Shown: positions 8,854 through 17,870, counted from the first letter of the stretch. The stretch is 32,000 bases of DNA from Geobacter metallireducens GS-15 (GCF_000012925.1 NC_007517.1:270001-302000); one strand, 5' to 3'. Translations and numbers: made by a program. The notes: generated by a model not told the origin, from the sequence alone.

Positions 8854-9732
8854 ATGGCATGGTTACACGGTCCACGATGGACCGCCTTTCGATGCTTCCT
8901 CTCTATAATGCTGGTGGCGTTCGCACTTCTCCCCGCTCCTGCAACGGCCCACACGGAGGAGGATCTCCACAAGCACGGCCCCTTTGGCACGGATGCCGGA
9001 GCGGGTGACGCGGCAAAGTTCGGCCTCACCGAACGACTGGGAGAGAAAATCCCCCTCGACCTCACGTTTCGGGACGAGACCGGCGCGCCGGTCCGTCTGG
9101 CGGCTCTGGTGACCGTCCCCACCATCATCCTTCCCGTCTACTACAGTTGCACCAACGTCTGCAATTTCCTCCAGGGGGGGCTCGCCAGCGTCCTGAAGGA
9201 TGTCAGGCAGAGGCCGGGGGAGGAGTACCGGGTAATCTCGGTCAGTTTCGATGAAACCGAGACGCCGGAGCTGGCCACCAAGTACAAGCGGACGTATCTG
9301 GCATCCATGAACGCCCCCTTCCCGGAGAACGGGTGGCGGTTCCTGACCGGGGATGCGAAGAACATCCGTCGGCTGACCGATGCGGCCGGCTTCCGGTTCG
9401 AGCGCCGGGGGAGGGATTTCATCCACCCGGTGGCGAGTATTATTGTCGCCCGGGACGGGACTATCGTCCGGTACCTCTACGGGACGACTTTTCTCCCCAA
9501 GGACCTCTCCCTGGCGCTGCTGGAAGCCCGGAGCGGGAAGGTGGGGGCGACGATCCGCCAGGTGGTGGGGTACTGCTTCACCTTCGACCCCCAGGCGAAG
9601 ACCTACGTCTTCAACCTGCTGCGGGTGAGCGCCACCATCGTCATCATAAGCACGGGGGCCTTTCTCGCCTTCCTGTTCCTGACCGGGAAAAAACGCCCCG
9701 CGTCTCCCCGAGGTGGCCATGAAACCCACTGA
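8854..9732 (+). CDS. SCO1/SenC-family copper chaperone (thioredoxin fold) with a C-terminal TM anchor
   Basis: N-terminal signal/TM segment. CxxxC in YYSCTNVCNF and a downstream conserved His (RDFIHPVASIIV). It sits directly upstream of cytochrome oxidase subunit I and overlaps it. Confidence 0.85.
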   Translation: MAWLHGPRWTAFRCFLSIMLVAFALLPAPATAHTEEDLHKHGPFGTDAGAGDAAKFGLTERLGEKIPLDLTFRDETGAPVRLAALVTVPTIILPVYYSCTNVCNFLQGGLASVLKDVRQRPGEEYRVISVSFDETETPELATKYKRTYLASMNAPFPENGWRFLTGDAKNIRRLTDAAGFRFERRGRDFIHPVASIIVARDGTIVRYLYGTTFLPKDLSLALLEARSGKVGATIRQVVGYCFTFDPQAKTYVFNLLRVSATIVIISTGAFLAFLFLTGKKRPASPRGGHETH

Positions 9733-11344
9733 CCAGACCATGACCCCCGCCGCCAGCTTCTGGAACGACACCGGCAGGAGCGGCATCGCCTCCTGGATCT
9801 TTTCCACCGACCACAAGCGGATCGGTCTCCTCTACTTCTTCTCGGTGTTCGGCTTTTTCCTCGTGGGCGTCGTGCTCGGCCTTCTGATCCGCATCGAGCT
9901 GATGGCGCCGGGCCGGACCATCATGGGCCCCCAGACCTACAACGCCCTCTTCACCGTCCACGGGGTGGTGATGGTCTTTCTCTTCATCATCCCCGGATTC
10001 CAGGGCTCCTTCGGCAACCTCATCATGCCGATCCAGATCGGCGCCCGGGACGTGGCCTTTCCCCGCCTGAACCTCTTTTCGTGGTGGCTCTACATGGCAG
10101 GCGCGGCAATCATCCTCACGTCGCTCTTCACCGGCGGCGGCCCCCCCGACACCGGCTGGACCTTCTACCTCCCCTTCAGCGGCCGGACCGGGACCAACGT
10201 CTCCCTGGCGGTGTTCGGCGTCTTCGTCGTGGGGTTCTCGTCCATCGCCACCGGGGTCAATTTCGTCACCACCATCCACCGCCTGCGGGCCGAGGGGATG
10301 ACCTGGGGACGGCTGCCGCTTTTTGTCTGGTCCCTCTACGCCACCGCCTGGGTGCAGATTCTGGCGACCCCCATCCTCGGCATCACCCTGGTGCTGATCA
10401 TCGCCGAACGGCTCCTCGGAACCGGCCTCTTCGACCCGGGGCGAGGGGGAGATCCCCTCATGTACCAGCACCTCTTCTGGATCTACTCCCATCCCGCGGT
10501 CTACATCATGATCCTGCCGGCCATGGGGGTGATCTCGGAGATTATCCCGGTCTTTGCCCGCAAGCCGGTCTTCGGCTACAAGATGATCGCCTTTTCCAGC
10601 CTCGCCATCGCCGCGGCCGGTTCCCTGGTCTGGGGGCACCACATGTTCACCAGCGGCATGAGCGATACGGCGGTCCTGGTATTCTCCTTTCTTACCTTCG
10701 TCGTCGCCATCCCGTCGGCCATCAAGGTCTTCAACTGGGTCTCCACCCTCTACAAGGGGTCCATCTCCCTGGAAGCACCCATGCTCTTCTCCCTCTCCTT
10801 CATCTTCCTCTTCTCCATCGGGGGGCTGACCGGACTGATCCAGGGGGCGGCGGCAACCGACATCCATGTCCACGACACCCAGTTCGTGGTGGGGCATTTC
10901 CACTATGTCATCTTCGGCGGCTCGGGATTCGCCTTCTTCGCCGCCATGCACTACTGGCTCCCCAAGTTCTATGGCCGCCGCTACGCCGAAAAACCGGCGA
11001 TTATCGCCTGGGCGCTCATGTCCGTCGGTTTCAACATCCTCTACTTCTCCATGATCGTGCTGGGGCTGGAGGGGATGCCACGGCGCTACTACGACTATCT
11101 CCCCGAATTCGCCCCCCTCAACCTGGTCTCCACCATCGGGAGCTGGATCCTGGCCTCCGGTCTCGTGCTGCTCTTGGTGAACCTGGTCCGGGGGCTGAGG
11201 AGCGGGGAGCGGGTCGGGAAAAATCCGTGGGGAGCGGCGACCTTGGAGTGGAGCATCCCGACGCCCCCACCCACGGAGAATTTCGAGGAGGAGCCGGTGG
11301 TCACTCACGGCCCCTATGATTACCGGGGAGCCGGCATCCCATGA
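9719..11344 (+). CDS. coxA: Cytochrome c oxidase subunit I (heme-copper oxidase)
   Basis: WIFSTDHKRIGLLYF, FTVHGVVMVF, WGHHMFTSGM, VVGHFHYVIFGG. The ATG at 9719 follows GAGGTG; the track start at 9713 is a GTG two codons upstream. Confidence 0.95.
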   Translation: MKPTDQTMTPAASFWNDTGRSGIASWIFSTDHKRIGLLYFFSVFGFFLVGVVLGLLIRIELMAPGRTIMGPQTYNALFTVHGVVMVFLFIIPGFQGSFGNLIMPIQIGARDVAFPRLNLFSWWLYMAGAAIILTSLFTGGGPPDTGWTFYLPFSGRTGTNVSLAVFGVFVVGFSSIATGVNFVTTIHRLRAEGMTWGRLPLFVWSLYATAWVQILATPILGITLVLIIAERLLGTGLFDPGRGGDPLMYQHLFWIYSHPAVYIMILPAMGVISEIIPVFARKPVFGYKMIAFSSLAIAAAGSLVWGHHMFTSGMSDTAVLVFSFLTFVVAIPSAIKVFNWVSTLYKGSISLEAPMLFSLSFIFLFSIGGLTGLIQGAAATDIHVHDTQFVVGHFHYVIFGGSGFAFFAAMHYWLPKFYGRRYAEKPAIIAWALMSVGFNILYFSMIVLGLEGMPRRYYDYLPEFAPLNLVSTIGSWILASGLVLLLVNLVRGLRSGERVGKNPWGAATLEWSIPTPPPTENFEEEPVVTHGPYDYRGAGIP

Positions 11345-11943
11345 GTCATCAGACCCGAAAAGACCCAGCCGGCGCCAAGCTCGGCATGTGGCTCTTCCTC
11401 TTTACCGAGCTGTTCCTGTTCGGGGGGCTGTTCCTTCTTTACGGGGTCTATCTGGCCCGCTACCACCGGGAGTTTGCCGCCGCGGGGCGGGAGATGCATC
11501 TGGGGTTCGGGACGGCCAATACGGTGATTCTCATCACGAGCAGCCTCCTGGCGGCCATGGCGGTCACCGCCATCCAGCGGAGCGGCCGGAGGCTGGTTCT
11601 GTATTTGTTGGGGGGGACGGTCCTCTGCGGCGCCGTTTTCCTCTTCAACAAGTACCTGGAGTGGAGCGACGAAATCGGCCACGGCATCTATCCCGGCTCG
11701 CCCCGGCTGGCAGCGGGACCGCCGGGGGAATCGGTCTTCTACAGCCTCTACTACCTGACCGTCGGCCTCCACGGTCTCCATGTCCTGATCGGCGGGACGC
11801 TGCTGGCGGTGGTGGCGGCGCGGGTGGGGCGGGGGACGATCCATGCCGGGGATTTCGCGTGGCTGGAGAACGGGGCACTCTACTGGCACCTGGTGGACCT
11901 GGTCTGGATCTTTATCTTCCCCCTCTATTACCTGGTCCTGTAG
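11341..11943 (+). CDS. coxC: Cytochrome c oxidase subunit III
   Basis: ATGA start/stop overlap with subunit I. KLGMWLFLFTELFLFGGLF, YYLTVGLHGLHVLIGG, ALYWHLVDLVWIFIFPLYYL. Confidence 0.9.
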   Translation: MSHQTRKDPAGAKLGMWLFLFTELFLFGGLFLLYGVYLARYHREFAAAGREMHLGFGTANTVILITSSLLAAMAVTAIQRSGRRLVLYLLGGTVLCGAVFLFNKYLEWSDEIGHGIYPGSPRLAAGPPGESVFYSLYYLTVGLHGLHVLIGGTLLAVVAARVGRGTIHAGDFAWLENGALYWHLVDLVWIFIFPLYYLVL

Positions 11944-11949
11944 TGTGGG

Positions 11950-12069
11950 GGGCTGCGGCTTTTACGCCATCTCGCCGCCGTCCTCGTCGCTCCCTTGTGC
12001 GGCGTAGCGCTGCTACGCCTCCGCGGTCTCTCCTGCGGGTGCGACGATCTGGTGCAAAATCCGCAGCCC
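11950..12069. repeat. Long imperfect palindromic (REP-like) element between coxC and coxD
   Basis: The outer arm gggctgcgg (11950-11958) pairs with ccgcagccc (12061-12069). Partial pairing continues for about 28 nt per arm. The centre is a hairpin, ggcgtagc (12001-12008) / gctacgcc (12012-12019). There is no credible ORF. Confidence 0.5.
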
Positions 12070-12135
12070 TGGAATATTGCAATGGGTGCGGCAGGCTCAC
12101 GGGGGCAACAAACGGGCCGGATTCGAGGAGAAGCA

Positions 12136-12432
12136 ATGGGGAGTGATACCCATGACACTACTACGCATGTCATCGGCTACAAAACGCTGACAACGGTCTG
12201 GATCGCGCTCTTGGCCCTGACCGCGCTCACGGTCTGGGTCGCCCTCAACGCGCCGGGGATCGGCCATGTGTGGGGCTCCCTCGCCATTGCCGCCGCCAAG
12301 GGGGGGCTGGTGATCGCCTTCTTCATGCACATGCGCTACGAGGGGAGGCTCCTCCGCTGGCTGCTCTTCGTGGCCCTGGTCACCCTGGCGATTTTCATCG
12401 GCCTCACCTTTTCCGACGTGCTCTACCGATAA
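12136..12432 (+). CDS. coxD: Cytochrome c oxidase subunit IV (prokaryotic COX4_pro family)
   Basis: GAGGAG (12125-12130) lies 5 nt before the ATG at 12136; the track ORF from 11995 runs through the palindromic element. 98 aa with three hydrophobic helices and AAAKGGLVIAFFMHMRYE, typical of small subunit IV. Confidence 0.75.
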   Translation: MGSDTHDTTTHVIGYKTLTTVWIALLALTALTVWVALNAPGIGHVWGSLAIAAAKGGLVIAFFMHMRYEGRLLRWLLFVALVTLAIFIGLTFSDVLYR

Positions 12433-12441
12433 GGAACTGCC

Positions 12442-13350
12442 GTGGACCCGAACCTCTACACCACAACCCGAGCCGTGGACCCCGTTTTCATCTGGATCTT
12501 CGGGGTCAGCCTGGTGCTTCTCCTGGGGATCACCGCCACCATGGTGGGATTCGTCATCCGCTACCGCCGCTCCCGGGCCCCGGAACCCACTTCCCAGGCG
12601 GCAAGCAACATCTGGCTTGAGATAATCTGGACAGCCCTCCCCACCATCATCGTCATGGCGATGTTCTACTACGGCTGGGCCGGCTACCTGACGCTCCGCA
12701 ATGTGCCGAAGGACGCCCTGGAGGTGACGGCCACGGCCCGCATGTGGTCCTGGAGCTTCACCTACGCCAACGGCAAGACCAGCCCGACGCTCTATGTGCC
12801 GGTCGGAAAGCCGGTGCTGGTGCATCTCGTCTCCGAGGATGTGATCCACGGCTTCTATGTCCCCGCGTTCCGGGTCAAGCACGACGTGGTGCCGGGAATG
12901 AAGAACCATGTCTGGTTCGTGGCGGACAAACCCGGCACCTACGATCTTTTCTGTTCCGTCTACTGCGGCCTCGGCCATTCCGGTATGGTTTCCACGGTGG
13001 TGGCCGTTCCCGAGGCGGAGTTCCAGGCATGGCTCGCGAAGGCGGAGAAAGAGGAGAACCAAGGAGGGGGGAGGGCGCTCCTGGAGAAGAACGGCTGCCT
13101 CGGCTGCCATTCCCTGGACGGGTCGCGAAAGGTGGGGCCAAGCTTCAAGGGGATCTGGGGGCGGAACGTGACGGTTATGACCGGTGGCGCCGAGCGGACC
13201 ATCACCGTGGACGAGGAGTACGTGAAACGCTCGATCCGCGAGCCGGGGGCCGATGTGGTCAAGGGATACCCGCCAGTCATGCCCCCCTATTCAGCCCTCT
13301 CCGATAAGGATATCGAGGAAATTATGGATTTCCTGAAGGATCTCAAATGA
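12442..13350 (+). CDS. coxB: Cytochrome c oxidase subunit II with a fused C-terminal cytochrome c domain (caa3-type architecture)
   Basis: Two N-terminal TM helices. CuA site [15 protein letters not shown]...[13 protein letters not shown]-terminal heme c motif GCLGCHS with a distal VMPP. GTG start at 12442 after AAGGAA. Confidence 0.9.
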
Positions 13351-14162
13351 TTGCGGAGGCCAGTCGGCTGCTTCGACCCCGTCTCGCGCTGCTGAACGGC
13401 ATCGCGGCAGTGGCGGGGTGTCTCCTCGCCCCGGAGGGAGCGGCGATGTCACTCATCGTCGCATCCCTGGCGGGGGTGACGCTTCTTGCTGCCGGGGGAT
13501 CGGCCCTCAACCAGGTGATGGAACGGGACCTGGATCTCCTCATGGAGCGGACCCGGCAGCGCCCCCTCCCCACGGGAGAGCTCTCTCCTCGGGCGGCAAC
13601 GGCCATCGGCGGCATCAGCATCATCGCCGGCCTCGTTGTGCTTGCCGGGACCGGGGGGATATTCCCCCCCCTCATCGGTGTCGGCGCCCTGGCCTGGTAC
13701 CTGGGGATCTACACCCCCCTCAAGCGCCGCACTTCCTGCTCCCTCCTGGCCGGAGCCGTGAGCGGAGCTGTTCCACCCCTTGTGGGCTGGACCATAACCG
13801 GCGGGAGTCTCGTCGATTTCCGGATTGTACTCGTGGCAGGCCTTCTCTATCTCTGGCAGATCCCCCACTTCTGGTTGCTCCAGTGTCGCCACGCAGAAGA
13901 CTACCGGCGGGCGGGGCTCCCGCTCTTCGCTCCCGGCGTTACGGCCGGCTCACCCGTCTTCAGGGTCTGGATCGGGGCATTCGCGGCAGGGACGCTCCTG
14001 CTGCCGCTGTTCGGCATCATCGGAGGCAGTGCCGCACCCGGTTTTTGCGCTTTCCCTCTCCTCCTGGTCCTCCTCGCATTCTCCCGAGCCGAGGGTGCCC
14101 TCTTCTCCAGCCTTAACCTCTTCCCGCTTCTGATGGTCCTGGCTCTCTATCTCCAGCGGTAA
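13347..14162 (+). CDS. ctaB: Protoheme IX farnesyltransferase (heme O synthase, UbiA family)
   Basis: ATGA overlap with coxB. A polytopic protein with [23 protein letters not shown] (UbiA Asp-rich motif) and YLWQIPHFW. Confidence 0.9.
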
Positions 14163-14196
14163 ATTCCATCAGCTCCTTCATCATATTGCGCGACGC

Positions 14197-14814
14197 TCAT
14201 GCGTTTCGCTCGCCCCCGGCCCGGGGGAGGGACCAGTTGTAGCGGATGGCCAGGAGCCGCACCACGATGACCGTCATGGCGGCGGCGAGAAGGGACAGGG
14301 TGCGGGGAAAGGAGATCCGGTCCAGCAGGAAGAGAAGAGCCGCGCCGGCGATGCAGGCCGAGGCGTACACCTCCTTCTGCAGCACCAGGGGAATATGGGT
14401 GGAGAGGACGTCACGGATCATCCCTCCGGCGGTGGCGGTCATCACCCCCATCATCACCGAGCCGACAAACCCCATTTTGAATGCCAGGGCCTTACCCGTG
14501 CCGATGACCACGAAGGTGCCGAGCCCCACGGCGTCGAAGTAGAGAAGGGGGTGATGGAGGAATTCCAGGCGCTTGTGGAAGAGAAAGATAGCCAGGGAAA
14601 CGGCGATGGAGAGGTAGAGGTAGGTTTCGTCCTTGAAGATGAAGGGGGGGGTGTCCCCCAGGAACAGGTCGCGCAGGGTTCCGCCACCCGTAGCGGTGAC
14701 GAGGCCGAGCATGAGCACGCCGAAGAGGTCCATATCGCGGCGGATGCCGGCCCAGGCGCCCGAGGCGGCGAAGGCGGCGGTTCCGAGCAGGTCGAGGGCA
14801 TAGAGCAGGTTCAT
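14197..14814 (-). CDS. UPF0126 (YadS/TRIC-like) trimeric intracellular cation channel family membrane protein
   Basis: Duplicated UPF0126 motifs: LDLLGTAAFAASGA...GGGTLRD and FDAVGLGTFVVIGT...AGGMIRD. The ATG at 14812-14814 (MNLLYALD) is preceded by AAGGAG; the track start at 14898 is over-extended. Confidence 0.85.
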   Translation of the reverse strand: MNLLYALDLLGTAAFAASGAWAGIRRDMDLFGVLMLGLVTATGGGTLRDLFLGDTPPFIFKDETYLYLSIAVSLAIFLFHKRLEFLHHPLLYFDAVGLGTFVVIGTGKALAFKMGFVGSVMMGVMTATAGGMIRDVLSTHIPLVLQKEVYASACIAGAALLFLLDRISFPRTLSLLAAAMTVIVVRLLAIRYNWSLPRAGGERNA

Positions 14815-14910
14815 GGGTTCTCCTTTTGCCGAGAGCTTACCTGCTCTCCAAGGGGAACGCAATGCGAAGTTTGTGAGCCCGAGGTTCAGGGATTGCACTC
14901 CCCCGGGCTT

Positions 14911-15039
14911 TCATTCATTATGCTTTGACGACCGCGTGGCCTCCCGTCTGCGGCGGAGGGCGCCTCGCAGGGCGAAGAATCCGCCGATGGCCGTCAGAAG
15001 CCAGATGATTGCGGTTACGATTATCTCGCTGGAAGTCAT
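14911..15039 (-). CDS. Hypothetical 42-aa single-pass membrane peptide
   Basis: ATG at 15037-15039 is preceded by GGGAGGAA. Translation: MTSSEIIVTAIIWLLTAIGGFFALRGALRRRREATRSSKHNE, one TM helix plus a basic tail. It lies 96 nt upstream of the UPF0126 gene on the same strand. No homology recognised. Confidence 0.3.
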   Translation of the reverse strand: MTSSEIIVTAIIWLLTAIGGFFALRGALRRRREATRSSKHNE

Positions 15040-15106
15040 GGTGTTCCTCCCGGTCCGTGGGTGTGCGTTCGGTGAATGGTAGCACCGGGGGGCATGGGCG
15101 GCATTG

Positions 15107-16099
15107 ATGCAGGTCAAGGAAGGAGAGGGGCGTTGGGGGAATGGGGGACCGACAGTGACTGAGGTGAAAACAGCCGCGCCACTGCGGACGCTGGAGCTTT
15201 TCTGCGGGATCGGCGGGTTTTCCGCCGCAGTGGAGGGGGGAAACGTGCGGATCGTGGGGGCCTTCGACCAGGATCCGGCGGCCCTGGACACCTATCGGCT
15301 CAACTTCCCCGGCCATGGGGCAAGGAAGGTGGACCTGGAACGGGTAAGCGCCTGGGAGCTGACGGCCGGTGGCGTTGATCTCTGGTGGCTCTCTCCCCCC
15401 TGCCAGCCTTACTGCGAGCGGGGGGCGCGTCGGGATCTGGCCGATCCCCGCGCCCGGAGCCTCGTCCATATCCTGGAACTGCTGGAGCGGATTCCCGACG
15501 ATCTCCTCCCCCGCCATCTGGCCCTGGAGAACGTGGCCGGCTTTGTGGGCTCCGAGGGCCACGGCCTGCTCACCGAAGTCCTTACTTCCCGGGGCTTCCA
15601 GGTGCGGGAGCGGTTTCTCTGCCCCACGGAACTGGGAGCCCCCATGCGGCGGCCCCGCTACTACCTGGCCGCCTCCCGCGACGAGATGCGACCCCTCGTA
15701 GCCCCGGAACCTCGTCCTCTCCGCCCGCTGGCCGGGTACCTCGACCGGCGGTTTGACGGCGAGGTGCCCACTGAGCTGCTCCTTTCTCCCGACGTCGTTG
15801 CCCGTTTCGGCGGAGCCCTTCCCATCCTTGACTCTGGCGACGGTTCAGCCTGTGCCACCTGCTTCACCGCCGGGTATGGGAGATCCATCACGTCCGCCGG
15901 CTCCTACCTGCAATGCGCAAGCGGCGTGCGCCACTTTTCTCCGGAGGAGATCGTGCGGTTCATGGCGTTTCCGGAGGGATTCCGCTTCCCCGACGAAGTC
16001 CCGCTCAGGAAGCGGTGGCACCTGATCGGCAACAGCCTCTCGGTGGCTGCGGTGCGCGAGGTGCTCCGGGTGTTCCCCTCTCTGGGATTGTCGCCGTGA
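15107..16099 (+). CDS. dnmt2: Dnmt2/TRDMT1-type C5-cytosine methyltransferase (predicted tRNA C38 methyltransferase)
   Basis: Motif I LELFCGIGGF, IV SPPCQPY, VI LALENVAGF, VIII RRPRYYL, the Dnmt2-diagnostic CFT motif CATCFTAGYGRS, IX RHFSPEEIVRFMAFPEGFRFP, X LIGNSLSV. The start is uncertain: ATG at 15107, or a downstream in-frame GTG before LELFCG. Confidence 0.9.
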   Translation: MQVKEGEGRWGNGGPTVTEVKTAAPLRTLELFCGIGGFSAAVEGGNVRIVGAFDQDPAALDTYRLNFPGHGARKVDLERVSAWELTAGGVDLWWLSPPCQPYCERGARRDLADPRARSLVHILELLERIPDDLLPRHLALENVAGFVGSEGHGLLTEVLTSRGFQVRERFLCPTELGAPMRRPRYYLAASRDEMRPLVAPEPRPLRPLAGYLDRRFDGEVPTELLLSPDVVARFGGALPILDSGDGSACATCFTAGYGRSITSAGSYLQCASGVRHFSPEEIVRFMAFPEGFRFPDEVPLRKRWHLIGNSLSVAAVREVLRVFPSLGLSP

Positions 16100-16196
16100 A
16101 TCGATGATGAAAATCCGTCCAACCATCCCGAAAACATGATATAACCCGGCAGGTTGTTATTTATTTTCGGCCTTCTGCCCGGCCCCAGGAGCCCCC

Positions 16197-17843
16197 ATGT
16201 CCGACCCCCTCATTCCCCGTACCCCCTCGGCCTACGACTATCCGCTGCTGATCAAGAACCTCCTCTTCTGCCCCGTGGTGGACAACCCGGACCAGGAGAT
16301 CGTCTACCGCGATCTCTACCGCGGCACCTACCGCGGCCTTCGGGAGCGGGTCCGGCGCCTGGCCAGCGTCCTGACCGGGCTGGGGGTGAAGCCCGGCGAC
16401 ACCGTGGCGGTCATGGACTGGGACAGCCACCGCTACCTGGAACTCTTCTTTGCCGTGCCGATGATCGGTGCGGTGCTCCATACCATCAACGTCCGACTCT
16501 CGCCGGAGCAGATCCTCTACACCATCGACCATGCGGAGGACGACCTCCTCCTGGTGAACAGTGAATTCCTCCCGATCCTGGAGCAGATCCGGGGACGGCT
16601 CGACGCGGTGCAAGGGTACGTGCTCCTTACCGACGAGGCGAAGGCGCCCGAAACCGCCATCCCCTTCCTCGGGGAGTACGAGGCGCTCCTGGCGGCAGCA
16701 GCGCCGGAATTCGAGTTCCCCGACTTCGACGAGAACACCCGGGCCACCACCTTCTACACCACCGGCACCACCGGCATGCCCAAGGGGGTCTACTTCAGCC
16801 ACCGCCAGCTGGTCCTCCACTCCTTCGGCGTCATGACGGCCTTGAGCACGGCGGTGGGGCACGGCACGTTCCGCCGCACCGACGTCTACATGCCCATAAC
16901 CCCCATGTTCCACGTTCACGCCTGGGGGATGCCTTACGTGGCCTCCATGCTGGGGGTGAAACAGGTCTATCCGGGGCGCTACGTGCCGGACCAGCTCCTG
17001 GAGCTCATCGAGCGGGAGAAGGTGACCTTTTCCCACTGCGTCCCCACCATCCTCCACATGCTCCTGAAGCATCCCCATGCCGAGCGTATCGATCTCTCGG
17101 GGTGGAAGGTGATCATCGGCGGCGCGGCCATGTCCCGGACTCTCTGCCTGGAGGCGCTGCGGCGCGGCATCGATGTCTTCACCGGCTACGGCATGTCCGA
17201 GACCTGCCCCATCCTCTCCCTTTCCCATCTCACGCCGGAGATGCTGGAACTTTCCCCGGAGGAGCAGGCGACGATCCGCTGCAAGACCGGCCAGGCCCTG
17301 CCGCTGGTGGATCTGCGGGTGGCGGGGGGCGAGCTGCGGGAGCTTCCCCGGGACGGGGTGAGCAGCGGCGAGATCGTGGTTCGGGCCCCCTGGCTCACCC
17401 AGGGGTACCTGAAGGACCACAAGGCCTCGGAGCGGCTCTGGGACGGAGGATATCTCCACACCGGCGACGTGGCGGTCCGGGATGGGTTGGGATACGTGCG
17501 GATCACCGACCGGACCAAGGATGTCATCAAGGTGGCGGGGGAGTGGGTCTCGTCCCTGGAACTGGAGGACATCTTCGCCCACCATCCGGCCGTGGCCGAG
17601 GTGGCGGTCATCGGCCAGCCCGACGAGAAATGGGGGGAGCGCCCCCTGGCCCTGGTGGTCGCGAAGCCCGGCGAAGCCGGCCGGGTGACGGAGAAGGAAC
17701 TGGTCCACCATGTGCGGGAGTACGCCGACAAAGGGGTCGTCAGCAAGCAGGTGGTCCTTGCCCGAGTCCGCCTCGTGGAGGCCATCGACAAGACCAGCGT
17801 GGGCAAGACCAACAAGGTCGCCCTGCGGGAAAAGTACCTGTAG
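16197..17843 (+). CDS. AMP-forming acyl-CoA synthetase / fatty-acid--CoA ligase
   Basis: The AMP-binding motif FYTTGTTGMPKGVYFSH, plus GYGMSETC, YLHTGDVA and the C-terminal KTSVGKTNK. AGGAG lies before the ATG. Confidence 0.92.
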   Translation: MSDPLIPRTPSAYDYPLLIKNLLFCPVVDNPDQEIVYRDLYRGTYRGLRERVRRLASVLTGLGVKPGDTVAVMDWDSHRYLELFFAVPMIGAVLHTINVRLSPEQILYTIDHAEDDLLLVNSEFLPILEQIRGRLDAVQGYVLLTDEAKAPETAIPFLGEYEALLAAAAPEFEFPDFDENTRATTFYTTGTTGMPKGVYFSHRQLVLHSFGVMTALSTAVGHGTFRRTDVYMPITPMFHVHAWGMPYVASMLGVKQVYPGRYVPDQLLELIEREKVTFSHCVPTILHMLLKHPHAERIDLSGWKVIIGGAAMSRTLCLEALRRGIDVFTGYGMSETCPILSLSHLTPEMLELSPEEQATIRCKTGQALPLVDLRVAGGELRELPRDGVSSGEIVVRAPWLTQGYLKDHKASERLWDGGYLHTGDVAVRDGLGYVRITDRTKDVIKVAGEWVSSLELEDIFAHHPAVAEVAVIGQPDEKWGERPLALVVAKPGEAGRVTEKELVHHVREYADKGVVSKQVVLARVRLVEAIDKTSVGKTNKVALREKYL

Positions 17844-17870
17844 CCCCCAAGGCTGCGGGATGGAGAGCCA

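Noticed and set aside
9644-11308. A 554-aa minus-strand ORF antisense to cytochrome oxidase subunit I
   Set aside because: This is the same GC3 shadow-frame artefact. The plus-strand product is an unmistakable heme-copper oxidase subunit I.
14644-14651. G8/C8 homopolymer runs inside coding regions, here in the UPF0126 gene and also at 27284-27291 in the NUDIX gene, as possible phase-variation tracts
   Set aside because: These are short runs encoding Pro-Pro / Gly-Gly in housekeeping-type genes of a GC-rich genome. There is no contingency-locus context such as surface antigens or R-M genes.
15107-16099. The C5-cytosine methyltransferase as half of a restriction-modification or other defence system
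   Set aside because: The CFT motif and overall motif set indicate a Dnmt2 tRNA enzyme. No nuclease, specificity, Vsr or helicase gene is adjacent on either side.
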